Shown one piece after another: positions 19,601-31,600 of a stretch of 59,236 nucleotides of DNA. Each line of letters starts with the position of its first letter. Positions within the stretch are counted from its first letter, which is position 1. The stretch spans positions 1-59,236 of the forward strand of contig CAYJBS010000002.1 in NCBI GenBank assembly GCA_964368435.1. Reading direction: 5' to 3'. The notes under the pieces are model-generated. The model worked only from the letters and a program-made list of their open reading frames with translations. It ran no database searches and was not told the origin of the DNA. The translations under genes and the position numbers were made by a program. The stretch is from an uncultured Christensenella sp. Its GTDB lineage: Bacteria > Bacillota > Clostridia > Christensenellales > DTU072.

Positions 19601-22600
19601 CGGCGGTACGCTGATAAAGCCTATCCATTTCTGCCTTGTTTTCGGTAGAGTTGTCATAGTAGTCGTCCCATGCTGCAGCTTTCAGGTTTTCGTTGTCGGG
19701 GTCTTGCCTCTCGATGCTGTCGAGAATGCCGTTCATTATGTCTTTCTGATGTGTGTTTGCTGTCTCTCTGATCATGATATCCCACGCAACGGCTTTCAGC
19801 GAAAGTATCGGCGCGCCGGGGTTGTTGTCAAACACTCTCTTTCTCATGGCATCCAATTCTTTGCGGTACGAGTAGGCATAAAGAGTGTTCCAGGACTCAA
19901 CCTTGGCGTCGCTTATGCTCATGGTCGTATAACCCATCTGCTGCTTCATCAATCTGACATCCAAAGTCGATTGAGTTCTGGCATCCTGCTTGCCATACCA
20001 TACTGCCCACGCTTCTATCTTCGCCTGTCTTACGGTCAGGTTGTTCTGTATGCGAAGTTGTTCGACAAGCGTATTCATCGCCGAACGGTCTATTCTCATA
20101 CTATCCGAGTATAAGCCGTCCCAAGCGTTGACAATGCAAGTACCTTCATTGTATAAGGCGTTCATATTCGACAAGCGAATATCTGTCAGTTGCTCCGCCA
20201 ATTTGAACTTGGCAATCTCTCCGCCGACAAGCGCCTTTGCTTTGTAGATGCCGCCGTTGTAGGACATCAGCGGTATCATCCAGCTCAGCGTAGCTCCTTC
20301 AATAAGTGTAAAGCTTTGGATAATGCCTTCGTATTCCAGCGTAATGTTGCGTTGGGTATATTTTTCTGTGCCCGGAGCAAAGACCGACATAGTTCCGCCG
20401 GTGCCGTCACCGTAGTTTATGTTGAAGGTATCGGGCAGACCCAGTCTTTGAAGGATGGTCTTCTGCGCTCCGCCGGAGTAAATGTCATAAGGCACTACTT
20501 CTCTTGCGGTGTTCAGATCGCTGCCGATAATTTCTTTGGAGCGAATCTCGACGAGTATCTTGACGGTTTGAATGAAGCCAATCTTGTCAACCAGTTTGTA
20601 GGTTACGGAATATATCCTGCGGCTCAAATCCGAAGAGTCGTAAGAACTCAGCCTGCCGTCGGCTCCATTGAGGTCAACAAAGCTGCCCGACATGACTCTC
20701 CAATCGTTGATGGGCAAGCCCTCGGAAGTGCTGACGTTCATGTGGGTTATGTTCTTCATCACGGTATAGGGGTCTTTGCAGTCAAACGGACTGAATTGTA
20801 CTACGCCGTCATAGCCGTTGTGGGCGGCATTGCCCGCATCTGCGGCTTCTATGCCGTTCATGGACAGCTCAAGTCCACTATTTACTGTTTCCTCGCCTAA
20901 TGCGTGGGCTGATGCCGTAACGGTAGTTATGCTTCTGTCAATAATGTTGAGCGACACCTTGACTCTTGCTGCCTGCACCGGCGCGCCGGTGTAGGAATAA
21001 GTCAGCCATACATATGGCGTCTCATCTGTGTCGTACATCAGTGACGGATAAGTCTTTATGCCGTCTACTATCTTTTTGTCAAAAGACCAACTCAACTCAT
21101 TGAAGAAATAAGTCTTTTGTTTGTCGCCTTGCTGATATTCATACTTAAACATTTTGGGCAAGGTCGCCAAATATTCGTGTTCGTTAAAGGTGTCTGGGTC
21201 GATGTCTTCCATATCCAGGAATTGAATGTTGTCGGCGCCGGGGATTATGTTGAAGGGCTCGACAACAACTTTTACGTTGCTGTAAGTCAAATTCAGCGCA
21301 TATCCGGGCAATATCACTGCGTCTTGTAAGCTTATGCCTGCCGGATCGATCTTCACGGCGCTAATATCCCAAAGCATGGCTATGCCCTGCGATCCACGGG
21401 AATGTCCGTCTACAAAGCTTGCCATATTTCTGTCGGGCAGAGCGTCAAATATTGTGAAGGTCGGATCATAGTTGCGTCTCGAACCGGAGACTGCGCCCGA
21501 TGAACCCACCCAAGAGCCGCCGAACATTGTGAAGTCTGTAAGGTCGTACGGATCGTGGAAGGTGATCTGGGACGGCGGAACCATTACGGTATGAGTAAAC
21601 TCATTTGTTCCTGTGTCATGCTCAACTTTGACGAATTCCGAACCCATTGTGCTGAGGACTCTGAAGTTCAATCCGGTGTTGTTTATGTCGATTTCTTGAT
21701 AGGTGTCCTCTTTCGGGTTGGTTTCGTCGTCATAAACGTAGGTTTGGTTATAAACATATTCTTTGCCGTCTCCATCGATGGCATAATCCACGATGACCAA
21801 GTAAGAATTGACGTTGTTTCGACGTGTCCATTCGTTCATAGCCGTCTGCGCCGCAGTTTGAGGAACTCCGGCAATGATTGTTTTTCGCTCCTTCATTTCT
21901 CGGCTTCTGATATCATAGTTTACGCCTGCAGGATTCAAGTTGCCATTGCCAAAGTCTGCTACTCTGCCGGTATACTCCCAATAGCCGTCTATCCAGTCGC
22001 CTTGCTTCGTGCGATCGTCCTCTTCCATATAATTGCTATCTTCGGGAAGCTTGACGGTTTCGTTGCGGAATGAAGCGCTGTTCAGGAACAGTGTGATTCT
22101 GTCTGCTAATACATCCGCAGTGGCGTCCAGCGTGATTTTTGCGTATACGGACAAGTCAAAATACTTGACGTCACGCCGCAAGTTTTTGCCGCCATCGACG
22201 CGCTTGCCTTCGGTAAGCACGCCGTTTTTGTAATAGGTATTCAGCGGACTGCCGTTCAAATCCATTGTGTCATACATATTGTATGCCAAATTGAATGGCA
22301 CTGCGTGCGCAAGCAGGTTCGAGGCATCTTGCAATATGTCGTGCAATTGGTTGAATACAAGCACAATAAGCTGCTTCAATCCATTGAGTAGCAAGCTGAT
22401 AAGGCCGCCAACATAAGGTATATAGCTCGACACCGCAGCAAAGGGTCCGATAATCGCGTCGCCGACAAGTCCCGGATTGTTTATGCCGACTGCAATAAGG
22501 TCGATTAAGCCTATTCTTTCGCCTCCCAGTGAGAAACTGGCGTTTCTAAGGTAAGATTGCAGCACAGTTGCAATGGCAAAGTGAATGAAGCCGCCAGGCA

Positions 22601-25600
22601 ACTTGGCTAGCGCGCTGTTCAACGCTTGATAGAAGGCGCCCTTGCTTGCATACATCGGATCATAAATATTGGAGTCGTCCTCGTTGAAGGTGCCAAGGAA
22701 AACATTGTATTTGTCCTCGTCAACAGGGTTGCCGTCGCTATCCTCTTCGCGGTTAAATGAACCTGTTGAGGTATCGATAGGAAGAATTCTCTTGGTTTTG
22801 CTTATGTTGCTCATGTTGATCATATTGAACAACAATCCCTGCACCGTCATGAGCAAGTCATTCAGCATGGCTGAATCGGGCCAAATCTCAATATAGGTAT
22901 AGTCATTGTAGAGATCGCCGCCGCCGCCTTCATAAATAAGGTTGCCCATATCTGCATCATAGTCGCTGTACGGCTCGCCGTCATCGTTCCATGCTTCGTT
23001 GTCGACATTGTCGGCATTGTTGTGTTCGTCTCCGTCCTTGACGTCTGCGCCCAATCTGATGCGTATCTTTTGGAGCAACGAGGGCAGAATAGCCTCTTCG
23101 GTGTCGGGTTGAAGGAATTTCACAACCGGCTCATTGTCGTACCAGTGGAAAGGACGCTTCGAGAGTTCTATGGTGCCGATATCTTTGACATAGTTCGCCG
23201 ACGCCGCTTGTTCCTCTGTTATTGTGAAAGTGAAATTTCTGTTGTTGTAAACAGGGGAGCGCACTTTTATGGTATAGGTGCCGGTGGTAAGCAAAGGCAA
23301 CGATTTTTCAAGGTCTGTGGTGTCGCCATAGCTTTCCAATCTGAAAGAGCCGTCATAGCCTATTTTTCCTGCAGCAAAGTTTATGGGCTGTATGTCATAA
23401 TAAGCCTTTGTGCCAAGAGTAGGACTGCCGTCTATCTTTATCCAAATCTCAATATTAGGTAAGTCGTCTTCGGTGGTTTCTTCAACAATGGGCATGCCGT
23501 TGCCGTCCACAAGGCTACCGATAATTGTCAAATAAACAATTTCGCCGGTGGGTTCCAGTTCAAAGTTGCGGGTATATGTCTGGACAGAATCCGGATTAGT
23601 ATAGATGCTGTCTAACGTCAAAGCACCTTCTTCGTATCCGCCCGCCAAAGCTTTTATGGTGTGGGTCGCCGAGGTATTTCCTGCCGCGCCCAAATCGTAT
23701 ACCTTGAACGTAAGGCTATAATTGCCGTTTGCATCTGCGGTGACGCCTTCGCTGTTGTTGTAGTTTACGTAAGTGTAAGGCAACTTCTTTCCGACTTTGT
23801 TTTTTACGACACCCGAGACGGTAACTGTGGCATATTCGACAGTCGATACCATGAAATCAAGCCTTTGCGCCGAGGAAACTTCTTTCGGCGAAACAATGAT
23901 TTCTTTCTTGACATGAGTGCCATAACTTATCTTTGGATGTTCAGCCTTGATTTCATATCCCATCTCGACATCATAATAAAACGTTCCGCGTAATACATAA
24001 CGCTTGCCGGCATAGGTATAGAATCCCTCTTCATCCGGCGACATCGTATTGAGCACTTCAATTATGGCCTTGTCATTGCCGTCATCGCCGTCATCGTCGT
24101 TTTCTTCATCCAACGCTTCGGGACAAGGTATATTCAGGAAGAAATACCAGCCTTCTTTGTTGGTGTAAGCTGTAAGGATATTCTCGTTGGTTTCGTCCGG
24201 GGTGCCTATCGTGATTTTCATGCCCTCGACACCTTCGTTATCTTCTCCCGGAGCAGTTACACGGCCATAAAGTCTGCCTGTGTTGCCGGCGGGTATAATG
24301 ATTTGTCCGGTCTCTTCATCGATGATATCTTCCTCTTCAGGAGGATCGATCAGCGTTCTGGGATACAGTGCAATCGGCAGAAGTATGCCCTTGTTTTCAA
24401 AACTGTTGGCGCCGGTCAAACCTGAAAGCAAAGAGTTGCCCCACTTCGCCAAAGGAATGGAGATGTTGACAACGGGTATCTTTATGTTAAATTGAGAGCC
24501 GAGTTGTAACAATATTCTGTGCTTTTCAAGATAAACATTCGTCGAACCGGTGTTCCAGGTCAGCGTTTGGATGGCTATTTCGATGGCGTTGCCTACGGTC
24601 TTGGTGAGCCGCAGTTTGCCTCGTTTGTAGCGGTTGCGATAGAATATCGGTTCTTTGGTTTCGGTATCAACGCCGGAAACGATGTCACCGATGGCGTCAC
24701 CGAAGTTGCCTGCTTTTGCAAGCGTGGCAAGCGCTTTCAGCACATTCAAAGTGGCAAGCATAGCTTGCTGTGAATCCGTCAGCACGCCGTTATAGCCCGC
24801 ATCATCGTCGGGATAATACACCGGTCCAGTCGGGGTGTTTGCGTAAGGCTCATCGCCGCCCTTCGAACCCATTTGTCCCGGGGGATAAATCGTATATAAA
24901 TCCTTTCTTTCCCAATAATCAGTTCTCTTGTCAAGGAAAACCTCAAGATTATAGAGCTTTATGCCGTCCAATACGCTGTCAAGCAACGCAATGGTTTCTA
25001 TGTTGAAACCGTTTTGGCTGTTGAACATCAGACCGCTGAGTCCGCCGTATTTTGTCAGCTGGAATGCCGACGGCACTTTTACGGTGTTGGGGTTGAAGGA
25101 AATGGTCAGACCGCCTCTGGGCACCGTAAGGTTGACGCTGTTGCCCAGATTGTCTACTTTCAAGTTCATCGAAAGGTTGTTTATGCCTTCCGCTACATTC
25201 ATCGACATTCTTATGTCGGCAAAGTCCGGCAACATCATTCCAAGTAATGAGTTAAGCACGGCGGTATTAGGATTCAATATAAGCTCTTGATTGCTGAGCA
25301 ACAGAGCAAGCGTCGGCACTTCCTTTGTTACTTCGATTGTCTGCGCCGCTTCTTCTATCCATTTTGCGTAGAGAGTAGTGGCTTTTATGATTGCCAACGG
25401 GAAAGTCTCTTTCAGCGTACTGAAATCGGGGGTGATATACCAGCCTTTGAATACATAATCATCTCTCACCGGAACAGGTTCGGAATCCAAAATAGAAACA
25501 GTAACGCTGTCCATATGTTCTCCGCCGTTTGTGTTGAAGGTGACGGGGAACTTCGGCTGGGTGTCCTCTGCCCACTTCGCATAGAGCGTTGTGGCATATC

Positions 25601-28600
25601 TCACCGTGAACGGGAAAGCAGCTTTCAAACCGTAGAAGTTTTCGCTTTCGTACCAACCTTCAAAGACATAGCCTTCTCTCGTTGTTTCGGGAGATGACGC
25701 TATTTTTGTGGCGGTAAGACTTTCGACAGCCTTGCCCTCGTTTGTTACGAAGGTCACCAAATAACCCTCTTCGTCCTCAATGAACTCTTCTTCTCCGCTG
25801 CCCGTCAAAAGGCTGTTCATCAATTCGATGACATTTATGCCCTCTTCGGGGGTAACAAGCGGCTCCGAGAACAGACCGGACAACAGTCCGAGTATGTCTA
25901 TGCCTGTAAGCGAAACTTTGAAAAGTCCAAGCTTCGATAAGTCGGCATAAATCTTGTTGGTAGCGCCAATGAAATACAGCGACAGCAAGGGATTCTCGTT
26001 GTAGCGTATTACGAAGGCGACATTTGTTTTTGTGGGGTCTGCAAAGCTGATGACTGCGCCTAAGGTTATGCCGAAGGTCATCACGGAGTCTTGCATATCA
26101 AAGACCACTCCGCCCTCTTCCATTCCTACCAGCCCTTCAATGAGTCTTTCGAGGGCAATGATGGCATCGGATTTCGGGAAACCGGGTTTCTCCGAACGAG
26201 TTTTTATGCGTAGTTCCGCTTCGAGATTCAACGCAACAGTATCGATAACATTTATGTCTTCATATTCGTTGTCACGCGCTTCCTGAGCAGGATCTATGAT
26301 GTCCATCTCTTCATAAATGAAGTCGACGTCGCGCATCATGGATTGGCTCTTCTCAAAGCTGTAATTTATTTTGAAGGATTTGTATTCGTCAAGCACCAGC
26401 ATAATGCCTGCCAAATCGTCCTTTTCGGAATATCCTATCTTCAACGAATCGAATACCGGTATATCCAAAATTATATCAGGCACACCGCCTTTGGTGACAT
26501 TGTTGAGGTTCTCTAAAAGTGCTGTCAGCAATCCGCCCGTAATGGCAAGGCTGACTTCTTTTGAGTGTCCGACAAACAACAGCATGTTTGCGCCGAAAGG
26601 CATATCTTTTATATCCGGATACAGTCTTGCCAGAGCTTCCGCCTGCGCAAGGCTGTTGCCTTCGTCACCGTTCATCGGGGCAGACTTCGGCTCTTCGTCA
26701 ACGGCAAACATGCCATTGAGCATATCCTTGACTATTGCGCCGAGGTTCAGCGCCGTTGTCTTAATCGCGGGCAATGCTATACCGTTCAAATCGACATAAA
26801 TATCGCCTTGGATATCCGAACCGACATAAGCTATCATCATCTTGCGTTGTCCGTCTTGTAATATCTCGAGTTGCAGTCTGAGGTCGCTCAAGTTGGCGAA
26901 GGAAACGAATGTGGACAGTTTGAAGTCAAACTTTATGTTGAGTTCTTCCGCCGCTTGCAGCTGCAACTGCATTCCCAATAAAGGCATCGTAAGTTCCGAC
27001 AGGTCGAACAGCGCGCATAGATCGTCATTTACTTTCAGCGAGCTATTGATTTCCGTTGCCCAGGCATAGCTGTTCAGCGTTTCGAAATCCGAGAAGTCGA
27101 CTGCTGCGAAGAAATTCTCGTTCGGACCAAGTCTGGCATTTACTTTGCTGATGCCCATCGAAAGGTTAAGTTTCGAGGGTACAACCGTGTTGCCTTCTTC
27201 GTCTCTTATGCCTGCGTCAATAGGTATGGTCAACTTCAGCGTGTTGTCCAGATTATTGAGTTCAAGTTTTATGTCGCCTACCTCATCAAAAGGCAGGTTG
27301 AACAAGTCGGTAATAATGCTTGCAATAGCCGAAGGCATCGCAACAAGAGCAAAGGTGCCCTTGCCTATAGATAAACTCTCGAACAGATTGCCGATTTTTA
27401 TGCCCAGCACTTCCGGACCTGCTTGTTCTTCGTCGGCTTCGTCAGCGTTTTGGATGGCAGAAGGCATGCCCGTTTCGGTTGCTATTTCGTCGGTCTTAAT
27501 GAGGAAATTCTTCAAGAGTTCTGCATCTATGCCCGAGAAGATAGCTGCCGCCTCGACATCAATCTTGATTTTCGGGATACCTAAAAGCGAAGATTCGATA
27601 TACAATCTCGGGTCTAGCTCGCCGCGGGTGATATAACCGCCTTCGAAATAAACTTTCAAGATTACTTCGCCGTCTTCATTTACCATTTCGCCGATTACGT
27701 CAAGCGCGCCTATGCCGCCCTGCAAGTCTATATCGACCTGAAGGTTCAGCGTAATAAGCCCTTGCACTGCTTCAAGTATTCTGATTTGGAAAATAGTCGG
27801 CAGTTCTTGCACGCTGAACAGCGTGCTCCAGTCAAGAATATGTTTGATGAAATCAGCTTCAAGAGTCAGCGACACGCCTATCGTGAATCTGGTCATTACT
27901 TCATTTATGACGAAGCATTGCGCAAACAAATCGGCGTATTCTTCGGTGGTATATTTGTTGTAGAAGTTGTTGTAGGTGGCGTCATCTATTGCTATGACGG
28001 TGTCGTGGAGCATGGAGAATTCAAGCATATAGCCGACAGTCTCGCTGCCCTCTTCTCTCTTCTTCTCCAGCACAAGCCCTACATTGAAGTCGTCGTCATA
28101 GTTTACTCCCAGTTTGCCTCCCGTAAAGATCTTGTCGACAATGGTGAGCAGTTCGTCGCTTATGTCCGGACCAAGGAAAAGTTTCATGACTTCGGTCATG
28201 AGTTCAGAGGTCAACACAAGTCCTGCCTCTTGAGAATTTATTCTGATGAGCGCTTGCAACAAGCTTGATGCCATCACTTCGTCGGCATTGTTGGCGGAAT
28301 AAAGAGCCTCGAAGGGATTTTGTACGCTTTCGCCTATAGATTCTTTGTACTCTCTATAGCCGGGTATCGAATCATACACTGCATTGGACAGCGGATTCAG
28401 CGTCACTTCCTCGTCGCTCATTCCCATCATATTGAGTAGCAGTCTTGAAATATACATCTCGGGCATATGCAGGTTCAGCGCGCTGTCAAAAATCTCGCCT
28501 TGCAGATATATGTCACTGCCGATCAACCATGCATCGATTATGACTTGCTGGAATTCCTCTGAGGAACCCTCGTTCTCATAGTCGAGGATATAATATTTCA

Positions 28601-31600
28601 GCATAATTTCGGCTCTTATGGCATCGTCTATGTCAGTCAAATCTTCTGAAAGCAATTTCGAGAAATCAATGCCTACAAGCCCCGTCAATTCGACATACAG
28701 GGAATGCTCTTCCAAGAACCTGACTGCGCTCTCAATACCGCCGATTGCGGGGAACAGCGCAAGAATATCGTTTATGCCCAATACGCCTTCTTCCAAAGCT
28801 ATTTCCAAGCTGGCATTGAGTTCGAAATACACCTTAAGTTCGTCATAAGGCTTATATTCTTCTTTCTGCGCCTTTGACAACAGTTCGGGAATGGTGGATG
28901 CCCAGTCACCTGTTATGGGATCGATATATTTTGTTTCGTTGGCAAGTTTCAAATCGATTTCTTCGCCAAGCAAAGCAAGTCCAAGCGAAATGTTTGCAAG
29001 ATGGTTGTTCTTTGTGGCAGCTTCGGCATATAGCGTGTCAAAAGTAGCCACGATGTTCTCGAGACTGCTGAGTCTTGTAAGCATCTCTTGAACGGCGCTA
29101 GAAGATCTGTGCGTAGCAAGATTGCGCCATGCGTCTACTTTTCTTAAGTAAGCATATTGATATACATTTCCGGCAAGCGCGGCATACTCGGCGTTCATTT
29201 CCTGAACTTCCGCGGTATAGCTAAGCGTTTGATAAAGCTGCAACATATAATCCCAAGCCTGAGCCTGAAGGATGCCGTCCATCAAATTTACTCTGTCTAT
29301 TGTAATGGAATAAATTCTCCACCAATCCCATGCCGAGGCTTTTGCTTCGCTGGCCGTGCCCAGTTGCTCGGCTTGCAGCGCATCCATTTCGTCCAGCGTC
29401 ACATTGATGTCTTGAATCTCGACATTAATGTTGTTTATGGTGGCTAAGAGGGTATTCCTTTGGCGCAACAGCTGTGCAAGAAGTGTTTGATCTGTTGTGC
29501 CGCTTATTTGGTTGTTGAGATTTTGAAGGTCAAGGTATAGACCTGTTGCAGGAGCCTGTGTGCCAAGCTGCGTTGCAAGCGCGGCTATTCTCTGTTGTTC
29601 GTAGGTCCTCAAAGCGTCCCACGCATTTGCGCGGACGATGATATCACTGTTGGCTAGCTGAGCCTCGATGAATTGAAGGTCTGTTTCTTCAAAGGTGGCG
29701 GCATGATCGGTCATTATTCTCAACCAGCCCAACGCCTTCTTGTCTTTCTCGGTAAAGAGATTTCCTTTGATTTCCCTTTCGAGAATGTTCTGCATCATAG
29801 TATTGATGACAACATGCGCGGGATTCAGCGCATTCAGCGTTTCGGCATATTGTCTCCAAGCCTCTGTTTTCTGTCTTGCTGCATTCCAAGCAGGGAAGCT
29901 TGCGCCGACTGCCAGCAGAATTGATTCCATCGAAATCTTCTCGGACTCGCTCAACGAAGTCTTCTTATAGAGTATGTCCCACGCTTCGCTGTACTTCGCT
30001 TCATTGCCCAATGCTTCAAAAACACTGTCAAGAGTCTGGACTTGTAAAGAATTGCCCAGTTCCCTCATTCTGTTCCACGCCAACATTCTGGCGGTGACCT
30101 CGTCATCATATAGCAACGCTTCCATGAGTGTCGCTGTGGCGGTTTGGCGAGCGGCAACTAATTTGTCCCAAGCCAATGCCAATTTCTTTGTGTGAGTATA
30201 TAGCGGATGTCTTTCGTTGACCCAATCCAACATCTCGTCCATCTCTGCGATCTCGTCGGGAGATGCCAAGCTCTGCTGATATATGAATCTCCAAGCCTCT
30301 GCTTTCTCGTATTCTCTCAATCTGAGAAGATCTGCGGTGTTCAAATCGTTCTTCCACTCTTCCCAAGCCTCTTGTTTGTTGCCGTCGGCTCTCTCAAGCA
30401 GCATATTGAGATAAATAAGGTCTCCGCTGTCATATTCGGAGGATTCCAGATTTATGTCAATCTTCAGTTCGACATGCTTGTCTACTCCGACCTCTACATT
30501 GGGTTCTATTATGCCGCCGATATATTGGTCGACATCTATGCCCAGCATCTTGAGCACTGATTTTATCATGCCCGAAACCAACCTGATAGTCAGTCCTTTT
30601 TGTTCGTCAAGGGCAATCTTCACCATCGCCATTGTTCTTTCCATCTGTTGATCAAGCGTCAACTCGGTAGGATCGGCATTAAACAGCGATTGATAATGCA
30701 TAAGATTGCTGTAATAATCGGCATTCTCGGTATCGTTCGAATCATCTTCAGCGAGGGTACCGCCGCCCAGCACGGTAAAGATATCCATGACGCCACGCAC
30801 TTCTATCTTTTCCAGTCCGATATTGCTGGCATCGATGAATAAGTCGCCTTTTATGTAGGTCAGCAACATTTCGAAACTTCTGTTGGCGGTATAGATATCC
30901 ACCATAACTTGCAAATCTTCAAGTATGTTGAGCATACCTACGGTGACCTTGACATCAAAGTACAATGTGTCGCCCATGTCCTCTTCAAGCGCCAATATAG
31001 GAGCCAGCGCTCTCGAGAAGGGATTTATGTCGCCGATAAGCAATTCGAGCAATTTTGTAAAATCATAAATACCGCTTTCGTCTGCAAGCGTCAACTTGAA
31101 TTGCGTACTCAACGAAAGACTGTTTATGTTTTGGAGCAAATGATAATTTATTTTTTGCGGGCTGATAAGAGTCACTGTATCCCATTTTTCGAAATTCAGC
31201 CTGATGCCGTTTATGGAAATACCCAGCGCCAGAATTTTGTCCATTTCGGTTTCGCTTATATATCTGTCACCCATGGCGATCTCGACACCGATAGTCATAC
31301 TCTTGTTTTCGGGTATGGCGTATATCTTGGCGTGAAGTTCGTTGAATATTTCGAAGTTGTTTAGGTTAAACATCGAAAGCAGCGCTTCGATAGAGGTTCT
31401 CTTGGCAAGTACGAAAAGTCCCTGCTCTCTCAACAAAGCTTCAATGGTCAGCTTGTTGGCAAATGCGCCGCTGGCGTGGAAGAGGTTTTGTTCGGCGGAT
31501 ACCGCTGCTTGCGGCGCTGCCGTCGCTGCCTCTCCGAAGAGCATATCGGTGACATTCTCGATATAGATTCTGTCGCCGCCGATGTCTCTTATGTCTATAA

